From NCBI GenBank assembly GCA_030390025.1, contig CM059438.1:58530001-58594000 (forward strand): a stretch of DNA of 64,000 bases, written 5' to 3'. The position numbers and the translations under genes were made by a program. Under the pieces are notes generated by a model. The model saw only the letters and a program-made list of their open reading frames with translations. It did not search any database and had not been told where the DNA came from. Of this stretch, positions 15,001 to 30,000 are shown in pieces. Source of the stretch: Squalus acanthias. Its lineage: Eukaryota. How positions within the stretch are numbered: the stretch's first letter is position 1; every line of letters starts with the position of its first letter.

Positions 15001-18000
15001 GGCCGAATCTGGGAAGGGGAGCTGGGTAGAGACAGAATCTGGATATGACGCTGGGCACAGACACACTCAGGGTAATGAAACTGGGTACAGTCAGACTCTG
15101 GGAATGGAGCTGGGTACAGACAGACTGGGGAATGGAGCTGGGGAGAGATAGACTGTGGAATGGAGCTAGGAACAGATAGACTCTGGGAAGGGGAGCTGGT
15201 ACAGACAGACTCTGGGAATGGAGCTGGGAACAGACAGACTCTGGGAATGGAGCTGGGTACAGGCCGAATCTGGGAAGGGGAGCTGGGTAGAGACAGAATC
15301 TGGATATGACGCTGGGCACAGACACACTCAGGGTAATGAAACTGGGTACAGTCAGACTCTGGGGAATGGAGCTGGGTACAGACAGACTGGGGAATGGAGC
15401 TGGGGAGAGATAGACTGTGGAATGGAGCTAGGAACAGATAGACTCTGGGAAGGGGAGCTGGTACAGACAGACTCTGGGAATGCAGCTGGGTACAGACAGA
15501 CACTGGGAATGGAGCTGGGTACAGACTGGGAAATGGAGCTGGGTACAGACAGACTGGGAAATGGAGCTGGATGCAGGCAGACTCTGGGAAAGGAGCTGGG
15601 TACAGACAGACTCTGGGGAATGGAACTGGGTCCAGACAGACTCTGGGGAATGGAGCTGGGTGCAGACAGACTCTGGGAAAGGAGCTGGGTCCAGACAGAC
15701 TCTGGTGAATGGAGCTGGGTACAGACAGACTCTGGGAAAGGAGCTGAGTACAGACAGACTGGGGAATGGAGCTGGGTACAGACAGACTCTGTGGAATGGA
15801 GCTGGGTACAGACAGACTCTAGGAATGGAGCTGGGTCTAGACAGACTCTGTGGAATGAAGCTGGGTAGAGACAGAATCTGGGAATGGAGCTGGGTACAGA
15901 CAGACTCTGGGGAATGGAGCGGGGTACAGACTCTGGGATTGGAGTTGGGTACAGACAGACTCTGTGGAATGGAGTTGGGTACAGACAGACTCTGGAAATG
16001 GAGTTGGGTACAGACAGACTCTGGGAAGGGGAGCTGGTACAGACAGACTCTGGGGATAGAGCTGTGTACAGGCAGACTCTGGGTAATAGAACTGGATACA
16101 GTCAGTATCCGGGAATGGAATTGAGTACAGACAGACTCTGCGGAATGGAGCTGGGTACAGAAAGACTCTGGGAATGGAGCTGGGTATCGTCAGAATCTGG
16201 GAATGGAACTGGGTACAGTCAGACTCTGGGGAATGGAGCTGGGTACAGACAGACTGGGAAATGGAGCTGGGTACAGACTGACTCTGGAATGGAGCTGGGT
16301 ACAGTCTCTGGGAATGGAGCTGGGTACAGACAGACTCTGTGGAATGGAGTTGGGTACAGACAGACTCTGGGAATGGAGCTGGGTACAGACAGACTCTGAA
16401 AATGTCACTGGGTAGACAGACTCAGGGAATGGAGCTGAGTACAGACAGACTCTGGGAATGGATCTGGGTACAGACAGACTCTTTGGAATGGAGCTGGGTA
16501 CAGACAGACTCTTGGGAATGGGTCTGGGTACAGACAGACTGGGGAATGGAGCTGGGTACAGACAGACTGGGGAATGGAGCTTGGTATGGACAGACTCTGG
16601 GAATGGAGCTGGGAACAGACAGACTCTGGCAATGGAGCTGGGTAGACACTGAATCTGGATATGACGCTGGGCACAGACACACTCAGGGTAATGGAACTGG
16701 GTACAGTCAGACTCTGGGGAATGGAGCTGGGTACAGACAGACTGGGGAATGGAGCTGGGGAGAGATAGACTGTGGAATGGAGCTGGGTACAGACAGACTC
16801 TGGGAATGGACTGGGTACAGACAGACTGTGGAAATTACGCTGGTTACAGACAGACTCAGGGTAATAGAACTGGGTACAGTCAGTCTCCCGGGAATGGAAC
16901 TGAGTAGTGACAGACTCTGCGGAATGGAGCTGGGTATAGACAGACTCTGGGAATGGAGCTGGGTATCGTCAGACTCTGGGAATGGAGCTGGGTACAGACT
17001 GGGAAATGGAGCTGGGTACAGACAGACTGGGAAATGGAGCTGGATGCAGGCAGACTCTGGGAAAGGAGCTGGGTACAGACAGACTCTGGGGAATGGAACT
17101 GGGTCCAGACTGACTCTGGGGAATGGAGCTGGGTGCAGACAGACTCTGGGAAAGGAGCTGGGTCCAGACAGACTCTGGGGAATGGAGCTGGGTACAGACA
17201 GACTCTGGAAAGGAGCTGAGTACAGACAGACTGGGGAATGGAGCTGGGTACAGACAGACTCTGGGAATGGAGCTGGGTACAGACAGACTCTAGGAATGGA
17301 GCTGGGTCTAGACAGACTCTGTGGAATGAAGCTGGGTAGAGACAGAATCTGGGAATGGAGCTGGGTACAGACAGACTCTGTGGAATGGAGTTGGGTACAG
17401 ACAGACTCTGGAAATGGAGCTGGGTACAGGCCGAATCTGGGAAGGGGAGCTGGGTAGAGACAGAATCTGGATATGACGCTGGGCACAGACACACTCAGGG
17501 TAATGAAACTGGGTACAGTCAGACTCTGGGGAATGGAGCTGGGTACAGACAGACTGGGGAATGGAGCTGGGGAGAGATAGACTGTGGAATGGAGCTAGGA
17601 ACAGATAGACTCTGGGAAGGGGAGCTGGTACAGACAGACTCTGGGAATGCAGCTGGGTACAGACAGACTCTGGGAATGGAGCTGGGAACAGACAGACTCT
17701 GGGAATGGAGCTGGGTACAGGCCGAATCTGGGAAGGGGAGCTGGGTAGAGACAGAATCTGGATATGACGCTGGGCACAGACACACTCAGGGTAATGAAAC
17801 TGGGTACAGTCAGACTCTGGGGAATGGAGCTGGGTACAGACAGACTGGGGAATGGAGCTGGGGACAGATAGACTGTGGAATGGAGCTAGGAACAGATAGA
17901 CTCTGGGAATGGAGCTGGGTACAGACAGACTCTGGGAATGGAGCTGGGTACAGACAGACCTGGGAATGGAGCTGGGTACAGACAGCCTGGGAAATGGAGC

Positions 18001-21000
18001 TGGGTACAGACAGACTGGGAATGGAGCTGGTTCAGACAGACTCTGGGAATGGAGCTGGGTACAGACAGACTCTGGGGAATGGAGCTGGGTCAGACAGACT
18101 CTGGGAATGGAGCTGGGTACAGACAGACTCTGGGAATGGAGCTGGGTACAGACAGACTCTGGGAATGGAGCTGGGTACAGACAGACTCTGGGAATGGAGC
18201 TGGGTACAGACAGACCTGGGAATGGAGCTGGGTACAGACAGACTCTGGGAATGGAGCTGGGTACAGACAGACTCTGTGGAATGGAAGCTGGGTACAGACA
18301 GAATCTGGGAATGGAGCTGGGTACAGACAGACTCTGTGGAATGGAGTTGGGTACAGACAGACTCTGGGAATGGAGCTGGGTACAGGCGAACTCTGGGAAG
18401 GGGAGCTGGGTAGAGACAGAATCTGGATATGACGCTGGGCACAGACACACTCAGGGTAATGAAACTGGGTACAGTCAGACTCTGGGGAATGGAGCTGGGT
18501 ACAGACAGACTGGGGAATGTAGCTGGGAGAGATAGACTGTGGAATGGAGCTGGGTAAAGATAGACTCTGGGAATGGAGCTGGTACAGACAGACTCTGGGA
18601 ATGCAGCTGGGTACAGACAGACACTGGGAATGGAGCTGGGTACAGACTGGGAAATGGAGCTGGGTACAGACAGACTGGGAAATGGAGCTGGATGCAGGCA
18701 GACTCTGGGAAAGGAGCTGGGTACAGACAGACTCTGGGGAATGGAACTGGGTCCAGACAGACTCTGGGGAATGGAGCTGGGTGCAGACAGACTCTGGGAA
18801 TGGAGCTGGGTCAGACAGACTCTGGGAATGGAGCTGGGTACAGACAGACTCTGGGAATGGAGCTGGATACAGACAGACTTGGGAATGAGCTGGGTACAGA
18901 CAGACTCTGGGAATGGAGCTGGGTACAGACAGACTCTGGGAATGGAGCTGGTACAGACAGACTCTGGGAATGGAGCTGGGTGCAGACAGAATCTGGAAAT
19001 GGAGCTGGGTACAGACAGACTCTGGGAATGGAGCTGGGTACAGACAGACTCTGGGGAATGGAGCTGGGTACGACAGATCTGGGGAATGGAGCTGGGTACA
19101 GACAGACTCGGGAATGGAGCTGGGTACAGACAGAATTGGAATGGAGCTGGGTACAGACAGAATCTGGGAATGGAGCTGGGTACAGACAGACTCTGGGAAT
19201 GGAGCTGGGTACAGACAGATTCTGGGGAATGGAGCTGGTACAGACAGACTGGGGAATGGAGCTTGGTACAGACAGACTCTGGGAATGGAGTAGGGTACAG
19301 ACAGAATCTGGGAATGGAGCTGGGTACAAACAGAGTCTGGAAATGACGCTGGGTACAGTCAGACTCCGGGGAATGGAGCTGAGTATCGTCAGAATCTGGG
19401 AATGGAGCTGGGTACAGACAGAATCTGGGGTATGGAGCTAGGTACAGACAGACTCTGGGAATAGAGCTGGGTACAGACAGAATCTGGGAATGGAGCTGGG
19501 TACAGACAGACTCTTGGGAATGGGTCTGGGTACAGACAGACTGGGGAATGGAGCTGGGTACAGACAGACTGGGGAATGGAGCTTGGTATGGACAGACTCT
19601 GGGAATGGAGCTGGAACAGACAGACTCTGGGAATGGAGCTGGGTACAGGCCGAATCTGGGAAGGGGAGCTGGGTAGACACAGAATCTGGATATGACGCTG
19701 GGCAAAGACACACTCCGGGTAATGGAACTGGGTACAGTCAGACTCTGGGGAATGGAGCTGGGTACAGACAGACTGGGGAATGGAGCTGGGGAGAGATAGA
19801 CTGTGGAATGGAGCTGGGTACAGACAGACTCTGGGAATGGAGCTGGGTACAGACAGACTGTGGAAATTACGCTGGTTACAGACAGACTCAGGGTAATGGA
19901 ACTGGGTACAGTCAGACTCTCGGGAATGGAGCTGGGTAGCGACAGACTCTGCGGAATGGAGCTGGGTACAGACAGACTCTGTGGAATGGAGTTGGGTACA
20001 GACAGACTCTGGGAATGGAGCTGGGTACAGGCCGAATCTGGGAAGGGGAGCTGGGTAGAGACAGAATCTGGATATGACGCTGGGCACAGACACACTCAGG
20101 GTAATGAAACTGGGTACAGTCAGACTCTGGGGAATGGAGCTGGGTACAGACAGACTGGGAATGGAGCTGGGGCAGACAGACTGTGGAATGGAGCTAGGAA
20201 CAGATAGACTCTGGGAAGGGGAGCTGGTACAGACAGACTCTGGGAATGCAGCTGGGTACAGACAGACTCTGGGAATGGAGCTGGGAACAGACAGACTCTG
20301 GGAATGGAGCTGGGTACAGACAGACTCTGGAATGGAGCTGGGTACAGACAGACTCTGGGAATGAGCTGGGTACAGACAGACTCTGGGAATGAGCTGGGTA
20401 CAGACAGACTCTGGGAATGGAGCTGGGTACAGACAGACTCTGGGAATGGAGCTGGGTACAGACAGACTCTGGGAATGGAGCTGGGTACAGACAGACTCTG
20501 GGAAGGGAGCTGGTACAGACAGACTCTGGGAATGGAGCTGGGTACAGACAGACCTGGGGAATGGAGCTGGGTACAGACAGACTCTGGGAATGGAGCTGGG
20601 TACAGACAGACTTGGGAATGGAGCTGGGTACAGACAGACTCTGGGAATGGAGCTGGGTACAGACAGACTCTGGGAATGGAGCTGGGTACAGACAGACTCT
20701 GTGGAATGGAGCTGGGTACAGACAGACTCTGGGAATGGAGCTGGGTACAGACAGACTCTGGGAATGGAGCTGGGTACAGACAGAATCTGGATATGACGCT
20801 GGGCACAGACACACTCAGGGTAATGAAACTGGGTACAGTCAGACTCTGGGGAATGGAGCTGGGTACAGACAGACTGGGGAATGGAGCTGGGGAGAGATAG
20901 ACTGTGGAATGGAGCTAGGAACAGATAGACTCTGGGAAGGGGAGCTGGTACAGACAGACTCTGGGAATGCAGCTGGGTACAGACAGACACTGGGAATGGA

Positions 21001-24000
21001 GCTGGGTACAGACTGGGAAATGGAGCTGGGTACAGACAGACTGGGAAATGGAGCTGGATGCAGGCAGACTCTGGGAAAGGAGCTGGGTACAGACAGACTC
21101 TGGGGAATGGAACTGGGTCCAGACAGACTCTGGGGAATGGAGCTGGGTGCAGACAGACTCTGGGAAAGGAGCTGGGTCCAGACAGACTCTGGGGAATGGA
21201 GCTGGGTACAGACAGACTCTGGGAATGGAGCTGGGTAGACAGACTCTGTGGAATGGAGCTGAGTACAGACAGACTCTGGGAATGGAGCTGGGTACAGACA
21301 GACTCTGGAAGGAGCTGTGTACAGACAGACTCTGGGAAATGGAGCTGGGTACAGACAGACTCTGGGAATGGAGCTGGGTACAGACAGACTCTGGGAATGA
21401 ACTGGGTACAGACAGACTCTGGGAATGGAGCTGGGTACAGACAGACTCTGGGAATGGAGCTGGGTACAGACAGACTCTGGGAATGGAGCTGGGTACAGAC
21501 AGACTCTGGGAAAGGAGCTGAGTACAGACAGACTCTGGAATGGAGCTGGGTACAGACAGACTCTGGGAATGGAGCTGGGTACAGACAGACTCTGGGAATG
21601 AAGCTGGGTAGAGACAGACTCTGGGAATGGAGCTGGGTACAGACAGACTCTGTGGAATGGAGCTGGGTACAGACAGACTCTGGGAATGGAGCTGGGTACA
21701 GACAGACTCTGGGAATGGAGCTGGGTATAGACAGACTCTGGGATATGAGCTGGGTACAGACAGACTCTGGTAATGGAACTGGGTACAGACAGACTGGGGA
21801 ATGGAGCTGGGTACAGACAGACCTGGGTATGGAGCTGGGTCAGTCAGACTGTGGAATGGAGCTGGGTACAGACAGACTCTGGGAATGGAGCTGGTACAGA
21901 CAGACTCTGGGAATGAGCTGGGTACAGACAGACTCTGGGAATGGAGCTGGGTACAGACGACTCGGGAATGGAGCTGGGTACAGACAGACTCTGGGAATGG
22001 AGCTGGGTACAGACAGACTCTGGGAATGGAGCTGGGTACAGACAGATCTGGGGAATGGACTGGTACAGACAGACTCTGGGAATGGAGCTGGGTACAGACA
22101 GACTCTGGGAATGGAGCTGGTACAGACAGACTCTGGGGAATGGAGCTGGGTACAGGACAGACTCTGGGAATGGAGCTGGGTACAGACAGACTGGGGAATG
22201 GAGCTGGGTACAGACAGACTCTGGGAATGGAGCTAGGGTTCAGACAGACTCTGGGAATGGAGCTGGGTACAGACAGACTCTGGGAATGGAGCTGGGTGCA
22301 GACAGACTCTAGGAAGGGGAGCTGGGTACAGACAGACTCTGGGGAATGGAGCTGGGTATTGTCAGAATCTGGGGAATGGAGCTGGGTACAGACACAATCT
22401 GGGGAATGGAGCTGGGTACAGACAGACTGGGGAATGGAGCTGGGGAGAGACAGACATTGGAATGGAGCTGGGTACAGACAGACTCTGGGAATAGAGCTGG
22501 GTACAGACAGACTCTGGGAATGGAGCTGGGTACAGACAGATTCTGGGGAATGGAGCTGGGTATCGTCAGAATCTGGGAATGGAGCTGGGTACAGACTGAC
22601 TCTGCGGAATGGAGCTGGGTACAGACAGAATCTGGGAATGGAGCTGGGTACAAACAGAGTCTGGAAATGACGCTGGGTACAGTCAGACTCGGGGAATGGA
22701 GCTGAGTATCGTCAGAATCTGGGAATGGAGCTGGGTACAGACAGAATCTGGGGTATGGAGCTAGGTACAGACAGACTCTGGGAATAGAGCTGGGTACAGA
22801 CAGAATCTGGGAATGGAGCTGGGTACAGACAGACTCTTGGGAATGGGTCTGGGTACAGACAGACTGGGGAATGGAGCTGGGTACAGACAGACTGGGGAAT
22901 GGAGCTTGGTATGGACAGACTCTGGGAATGGAGCTGGGAACAGACAGACTCTGGGAATGGAGCTGGGTACAGGCCGAATCTGGGAAGGGGAGCTGGGTAG
23001 ACACAGAATCTGGATATGACGCTGGGCAAAGACACACTCCGGGTAATGGAACTGGGTACAGTCAGACTCTGGGGAATGGAGCTGGGTACAGACAGACTGG
23101 GGAATGGAGCTGGGGAGAGATAGACTGTGGAATGGAGCTGGGTACAGACAGACTCTGGGAATGGAGCTGGGTACAGACAGACTGTGGAAATTACGCTGGT
23201 TACAGACAGACTCAGGGTAATGGAACTGGGTACAGTCAGTCTCCCGGGAATGGAACTGAGTACCGACAGACTCTGGGAATGGAGCTGGGTACAGACAGAC
23301 TCTGGAATGAGCTGGTACAGACAGAACTCTGGGAATGGAGCTGGGTACAGACAGACTCTGGGAATGGAGCTGGGTACAGACAGACTCTGGGAATGGAGCT
23401 GGGTACAGACAGACTCTGGGAATGGAGCTGGGTACAGACAGACTCTGGGAATGGAGCTGGGTACAGACAGACTCTGGGAATGGAGCTGGTACAGACAGAC
23501 TCTGGGAATGGAGCTGGTACAGACAGACTCTGGGAATGGAGCTGGGTACAGACAGACTCTGGGAATGGAGCTGGGTACAGACAGACTCTGGGAATGGAGC
23601 TGGGTACAGACAGACTCTGGAATGGAGCTGGGTACAGGACAGAATCTGGGAATGGAGCTGGGTACAGACAGACTCTGGGAATGGAGCTGGGTACAGACAG
23701 ACTCTGGGAATGGAGCTGGGTACAGACAGACTCTGGGAATGAGCTGGGTACAGACAGAATCTGGAATGGAGCTGGGGAGAGATAGACTGTGGAATGGAGC
23801 TAGGAACAGATAGACTCTGGGAAGGGGAGCTGGTACAGACAGACTCTGGGAAAGGAGCTGAGTACAGACAGACTGGGGAATGGAGCTGGGTACAGACAGA
23901 CTCTGGGAATGGAGCTGGGTACAGACAGACTCTAGGAATGGAGCTGGGTCTAGACAGACTCTGTGGAATGAAGCTGGGTAGAGACAGAATCTGGGAATGG

Positions 24001-27000
24001 AGCTGGGTACAGACAGACTCTGTGGAATGGAGTTGGGTACAGACAGACTCTGGGAATGGAGCTGGGTACAGGCCGAATCTGGGAAGGGGAGCTGGGTAGA
24101 GACAGAATCTGGATATGACGCTGGGCACAGACACACTCAGGGTAATGAAACTGGGTACAGTCAGACTCTGGGGAATGGAGCTGGGTACAGACAGACTGGG
24201 GAATGGAGCTGGGGAGAGATAGACTGTGGAATGGAGCTAGGAACAGATAGACTCTGGGAAGGGGAGCTGGTACAGACAGACTCTGGGAATGCAGCTGGGT
24301 ACAGACAGACACTGGGAATGGAGCTGGGTACAGACTGGGAAATGGAGCTGGGTACAGACAGACTGGGAAATGGAGCTGGATGCAGGCAGACTCTGGGAAA
24401 GGAGCTGGGTACAGACAGACTCTGGGGAATGGAACTGGGTCCAGACAGACTCTGGGGAATGGAGCTGGGTGCAGACAGACTCTGGGAAAGGAGCTGGGTC
24501 CAGACAGACTCTGGGAATGGAGCTGGGTACAGACAGACTCTGGGAATGGAGCTGGGTAGACAGACTCTGTGGAATGGAGCTGAGTACAGACAGACTCTGG
24601 GAATGGAGCTGGGTACAGACAGACTCAAGGAAGGGGAGCTGGGTACAGACAGACTCTGGGGAATGGAGCTGGGTATTGTCAGAATCTGGGGAATGGAGCT
24701 GGGTACAGACACAATCTGGGGAATGGAGCTGGGTACAGACAGACTGGGGAATGGAGCTGGGGAGAGACAGACATTGGAATGGAGCTGGGTACAGACAGAC
24801 TCTGGGAATAGAGCTGGGTACAGACAGACTCTGGGAATGGAGCTGGGTACAGACAGATTCTGGGGAATGGAGCTGGGTATCGTCAGAATCTGGGAATGGA
24901 GCTGGGTACAGACTGACTCTGCGGAATGGAGATGGGTACAGACAGAATCTGGGAATGGAGCTGGGTACAGACAGAGTCTGGAAATGACGCTGGGTACAGT
25001 CAGACTCCGGGGAATGGAGCTGAGTATCGTCAGATTCTGGGAATGGAGCTGGGTACAGACAGAATCTGGGGTATGGAGCTAGGTACAGACAGACTCTGGG
25101 AATAGAGCTGGGTACAGACAGAATCTGGGAATGGAGCTGGGTACAGACAGACTCTTGGAATGGAGCTGGGTACAGACAGACTGGGGAATGGAGCTGGGTA
25201 CAGACAGACTGGGGAATGGAGCTTGGTATAGACAGACTCTGGGAATGGAGCTGGGAACAGACAGACTCTGGGAATGGAGCTGAGTACAGACAGACTCTGC
25301 GAATGGAGCTGGGTACAGACAGACTCTGGGAATGGAGCTGGGTACAGACAGACTCTGGGTAATGGAACTGGGTACAGTCAGACTCTGGGGAATGGAGCTG
25401 GGTACAGACAGAATCTGGGAATGGAGCTGGTACAGACAGACTCTGGGAAATGGAGCTGGGTACAGGCAGACTCTGGGAATGGAGCTGGGTACAGACAGAC
25501 TCTGGGGAATGGAAGCTGGGTACAGACAGACTCTGGGGAATGGAGCTGGGTACAGACAGACTCTGGGAATGGAGCTGGGTCAGACAGACTCTGGGGAATG
25601 GAGCTGGGTACAGACAGACTCTGGGAATGGAGCTGGTACAGACAGACTCTGGGGAATGGAGCTGGGTACAGACAGACTCTGGGGAATGGAGCTGGGTACA
25701 GACAGACTCTGGGAATGGAGCTGGGTACAGGACAGACTCTGGGAATGGAGCTGGTACAGACAGACTCTGGGGAATGGAGCTGGGTACAGACAGACTGGGG
25801 AATGGAGCTGGGGAGAGATAGACTGTGGAATGGAGCTAGGAACAGATAGACTCTGGGAAGGGGAGCTGGTACAGACAGACTCTGGGAATGCAGCTGGGTA
25901 CAGACAGACTCTGGGAATGGAGCTGGGAACAGACAGACTCTGGGAATGGAGCTGGGTACAGGCCGAATCTGGGAAGGGGAGCTGGGTAGAGACAGAATCT
26001 GGATATGACGCTGGGCACAGACACACTCAGGGTAATGAAACTGGGTACAGTCAGACTCTGGGGAATGGAGCTGGGTACAGACAGACTGGGGAATGGAGCT
26101 GGGGAGAGATAGACTGTGGAATGGAGCTAGGAACAGATAGACTCTGGGAAGGGGAGCTGGTACAGACAGACTCTGGGAATGCAGCTGGGTACAGACAGAC
26201 ACTGGGAATGGAGCTGGGTACAGACTGGGAAATGGAGCTGGGTACAGACAGACTGGGAAATGGAGCTGGATGCAGGCAGACTCTGGGGAATGGAACTGGG
26301 TCCAGACAGACTCTGGGGAATGGAGCTGGGTGCAGACAGACTCTGGGAAAGGAGCTGGGTCCAGACAGACTCTGGGGAATGGAGCTGGGTACAGACAGAC
26401 TCTGGGAAAGGAGCTGAGTACAGACAGACTGGGGAATGGAGCTGGGTACAGACAGACTCTGTGGAATGGAGCTGGGTACAGACAGACTCTGGGAATGGAG
26501 CTGGGTACAGACAGACTATGTGGATGGAGCTGAGTACAGACAGACTCTGGGAATGGAGCTGGGTACAGACAGACTCAAGGAAGGGGAGCTGGGTACAGAC
26601 AGACTCTGGGGAATGGAGCTGGGTATTGTCAGAATCTGGGGAATGGAGCTGGGTACAGACAGAATCTGGGGAATGGAGCTGGGTACAGACAGACTGGGGA
26701 ATGGAGCTGGGGAGAGACAGACATTGGAATGGAGCTGGGTACAGACAGACTCTGGGAATAGAGCTGGGTACAGACAGACTCTGGGAATGGAGCTGGGTAC
26801 AGACAGACTCGGGAATGGAGCTGGGTATCAGGCAGAATCTGGGAATGGAGCTGGGTACAGACAGACCTCTGTCGGAATGGAGCTGGGTACAGACAGAATC
26901 TGGGGAATGGAGCTGGGTACAGACAGATCTGGGAAATGGAGCTGGGTTACAGACAGACTCTGGGAATGGAGCTGGGTACAGACAGACTCTGGGGAATGGA

Positions 27001-30000
27001 GCTGGGTACAGACAGACTCTGGGAATGGAGCTGGGTACAGACAGACTCTGGGAAAGGAGCTGGGTACAGACAGACTCTGGGAATGGAGCTGGGTACAGAC
27101 AGACTCTTGGGAAAGGAGCTGGGTACAGACAGACTCTGGGGAATGGAGCTGGGTACAGACAGACTCTGGGAATGGAGCTGGGTACAGACAGACTCTGGGA
27201 ATGGAGCTGGGTACAGACAGACTCTGGGTAATGGAGCTGGGTACAGTCAGAATCTGGGAATGGAGCTGGGTACAGACAGAATCTGGGGAATGGAGCTGGT
27301 TACAGACAGACTCTGGGGAATGGAGCTGGGTACAGACAGACTCTGGGAATGGATCTGGGTACAGACAGACTCTTTGGAATGGAGCTGGGTACAGACAGAC
27401 TCTTGGGAATGGGTCTGGGTACAGACAGACTGGGGAATGGAGCTGGGTACAGACAGACTGGGGAATGGAGCTTGGTATGGACAGACTCTGGGAATGGAGC
27501 TGGGAACAGACAGACTCTGGGAATGGAGCTGGGTACAGGCCGAATCTGGGAAGGGGAGCTGGGTAGACACAGAATCTGGATATGACGCTGGGCAAAGACA
27601 CACTCCGGGTAATGGAACTGGGTACAGTCAGACTCTGGGGAATGGAGCTGGGTACAGACAGACTGGGGAATGGAGCTGGGGAGAGATAGACTGTGGAATG
27701 GAGCTGGGTACAGACAGACTCTGGGAATGGAGCTGGGTACAGACAGACTGTGGAAATTACGCTGGTTACAGACAGACTCAGGGTAATGGAACTGGGTACA
27801 GTCAGTCTCCCGGGAATGGAACTGAGTAGTGACAGACTCTGCGGAATGGAGCTGGGTACAGACAGACTCTGTGGAATGGAGTTGGGTACAGACAGACTCT
27901 GGGAATGGAGCTGGGTACAGGCCGAATCTGGGAAGGGGAGCTGGGTAGAGACAGAATCTGGATATGACGCTGGGCACAGACACACTCAGGGTAATGAAAC
28001 TGGGTACAGTCAGACTCTGGGGAATGGAGCTGGGTACAGACAGACTGGGGAATGGAGCTGGGGAGAGATAGACTGTGGAATGGAGCTAGGAACAGATAGA
28101 CTCTGGGAAGGGGAGCTGGTACAGACAGACTCTGGGAATGCAGCTGGGTACAGACAGACTCTGGGAATGGAGCTGGGAACAGACAGACTCTGGGAATGGA
28201 GCTGGGTACAGGCTGAATCTGGGAAGGGGAGCTGGGTAGAGACAGAATCTGGATATGACGCTGGGCACAGACACACTCAGGGTAATGAAACTGGGTACAG
28301 TCAGACTCTGGGGAATGGAGCTGGGTACAGACAGACTGGGGAATGGAGCTGGGGAGAGATAGACTGTGGAATGGAGCTAGGAACAGATAGACTCTGGGAA
28401 GGGGAGCTGGTACAGACAGACTCTGGGAATGCAGCTGGGTACAGACAGACACTGGGAATGGAGCTGGGTACAGACTGGGAAATGGAGCTGGGTACAGACA
28501 GACTGGGAAATGGAGCTGGATGCAGGCAGACTCTGGGGAATGGAACTGGGTCCAGACAGACTCTGGGGAATGGAGCTGGGTGCAGACAGACTCTGGGAAA
28601 GGAGCTGGGTCCAGACAGACTCTGGGGAATGGAGCTGGGTACAGACAGACTCTGGGAAAGGAGCTGAGTACAGACAGACTGGGGAATGGAGCTGGGTACA
28701 GACAGACTCTGTGGAATGGAGCTGGGTACAGACAGACTCTGGGAATGGAGCTGGGTACAGACAGACTATGTGGCATGGAGCTGAGTACAGACAGACTCTG
28801 GGAATGGAGCTGGGTACAGACAGACTCAAGGAAGGGGAGCTGGGTACAGACAGACTCTGGGGAATGGAGCTGGGTATTGTCAGAATCTGGGGAATGGAGC
28901 TGGGTACAGACACAATCTGGGGAATGGAGCTGGGTACAGACAGACTGGGGAATGGAGCTGGGGAGAGACAGACATTGGAATGGAGCTGGGTACAGACAGA
29001 CTCTGGGAATAGAGCTGGGTACAGACAGACTCTGAGAATGGAGCTGGGTACAGACAGATTCTGGGGAATGGAGCTGGGTATCGTCAGAATCTGGGAATGG
29101 AGCTGGGTACAGACAGACTCTGCGGAATGGAGCTGGGTACAGACAGAATCTGGGAATGGAGCTGGGTACAGACAGAGTCTGGAAATGACGCTGGGTACAG
29201 TCAGACTCCGGGGAATGGAGCTGAGTATCGTCAGAATCTGGGAATGGAGCTGGGTACAGACAGACTCTGGGGAATGGAGCTGGGTACAGACAGACTCTGG
29301 GAATGGAGCTGGTACAGACAGACTCTGGGAATGGAGGCTGGGTACAGACAGACTCTGGGAATGGAGCTGGGTACAGACAGACTCTGGGGAATGGAGCTGG
29401 GTACAGACAGACTCTGGGGAATGGAGCTGGGTACAGACAGACTCTGGAATGGAGCTGGGTACAGACAGACTCTGGGAATGGAGCTGGGTACAGTCAGACT
29501 CTGGGAATGGAGCTGGTACAGACAGACTCTGGGAATGGAGCTGGTACAGACAGACTCTGGGAATGGAGCTGGTACAGACAGACTCTGGAATGGAGCTGGG
29601 TACAGACAGACTCTGGGAATGGAGCTGGGTACAGACAGACTCTGGGGAATGGAGCTGGGTACAGACAGACTCTGGGAATGGAGCTGGTACAGACAGACTG
29701 GGAATGGAGCTGGGTACAGTCAGACTCTGGGAATGGAGCTGGGTACAGACAGACTCTGGGAATGGAGCTGGGTACAGGCCGAATCTGGGAAGGGGAGCTG
29801 GGTAGACACAGAATCTGGATATGACGCTGGGCACAGACACACTCAGGGTAATGGAACTGGGTACAGTCAGACTCTGGGGAATGGAGCTGGGTACAGACAG
29901 ACTGGGGAATGGAGCTGGGGAGAGATAGACTGTGGAATGGAGCTGGGTACAGACAGACTCTGGGAATGGAGCTGGGTACAGACAGACTGTGGAAATTACG

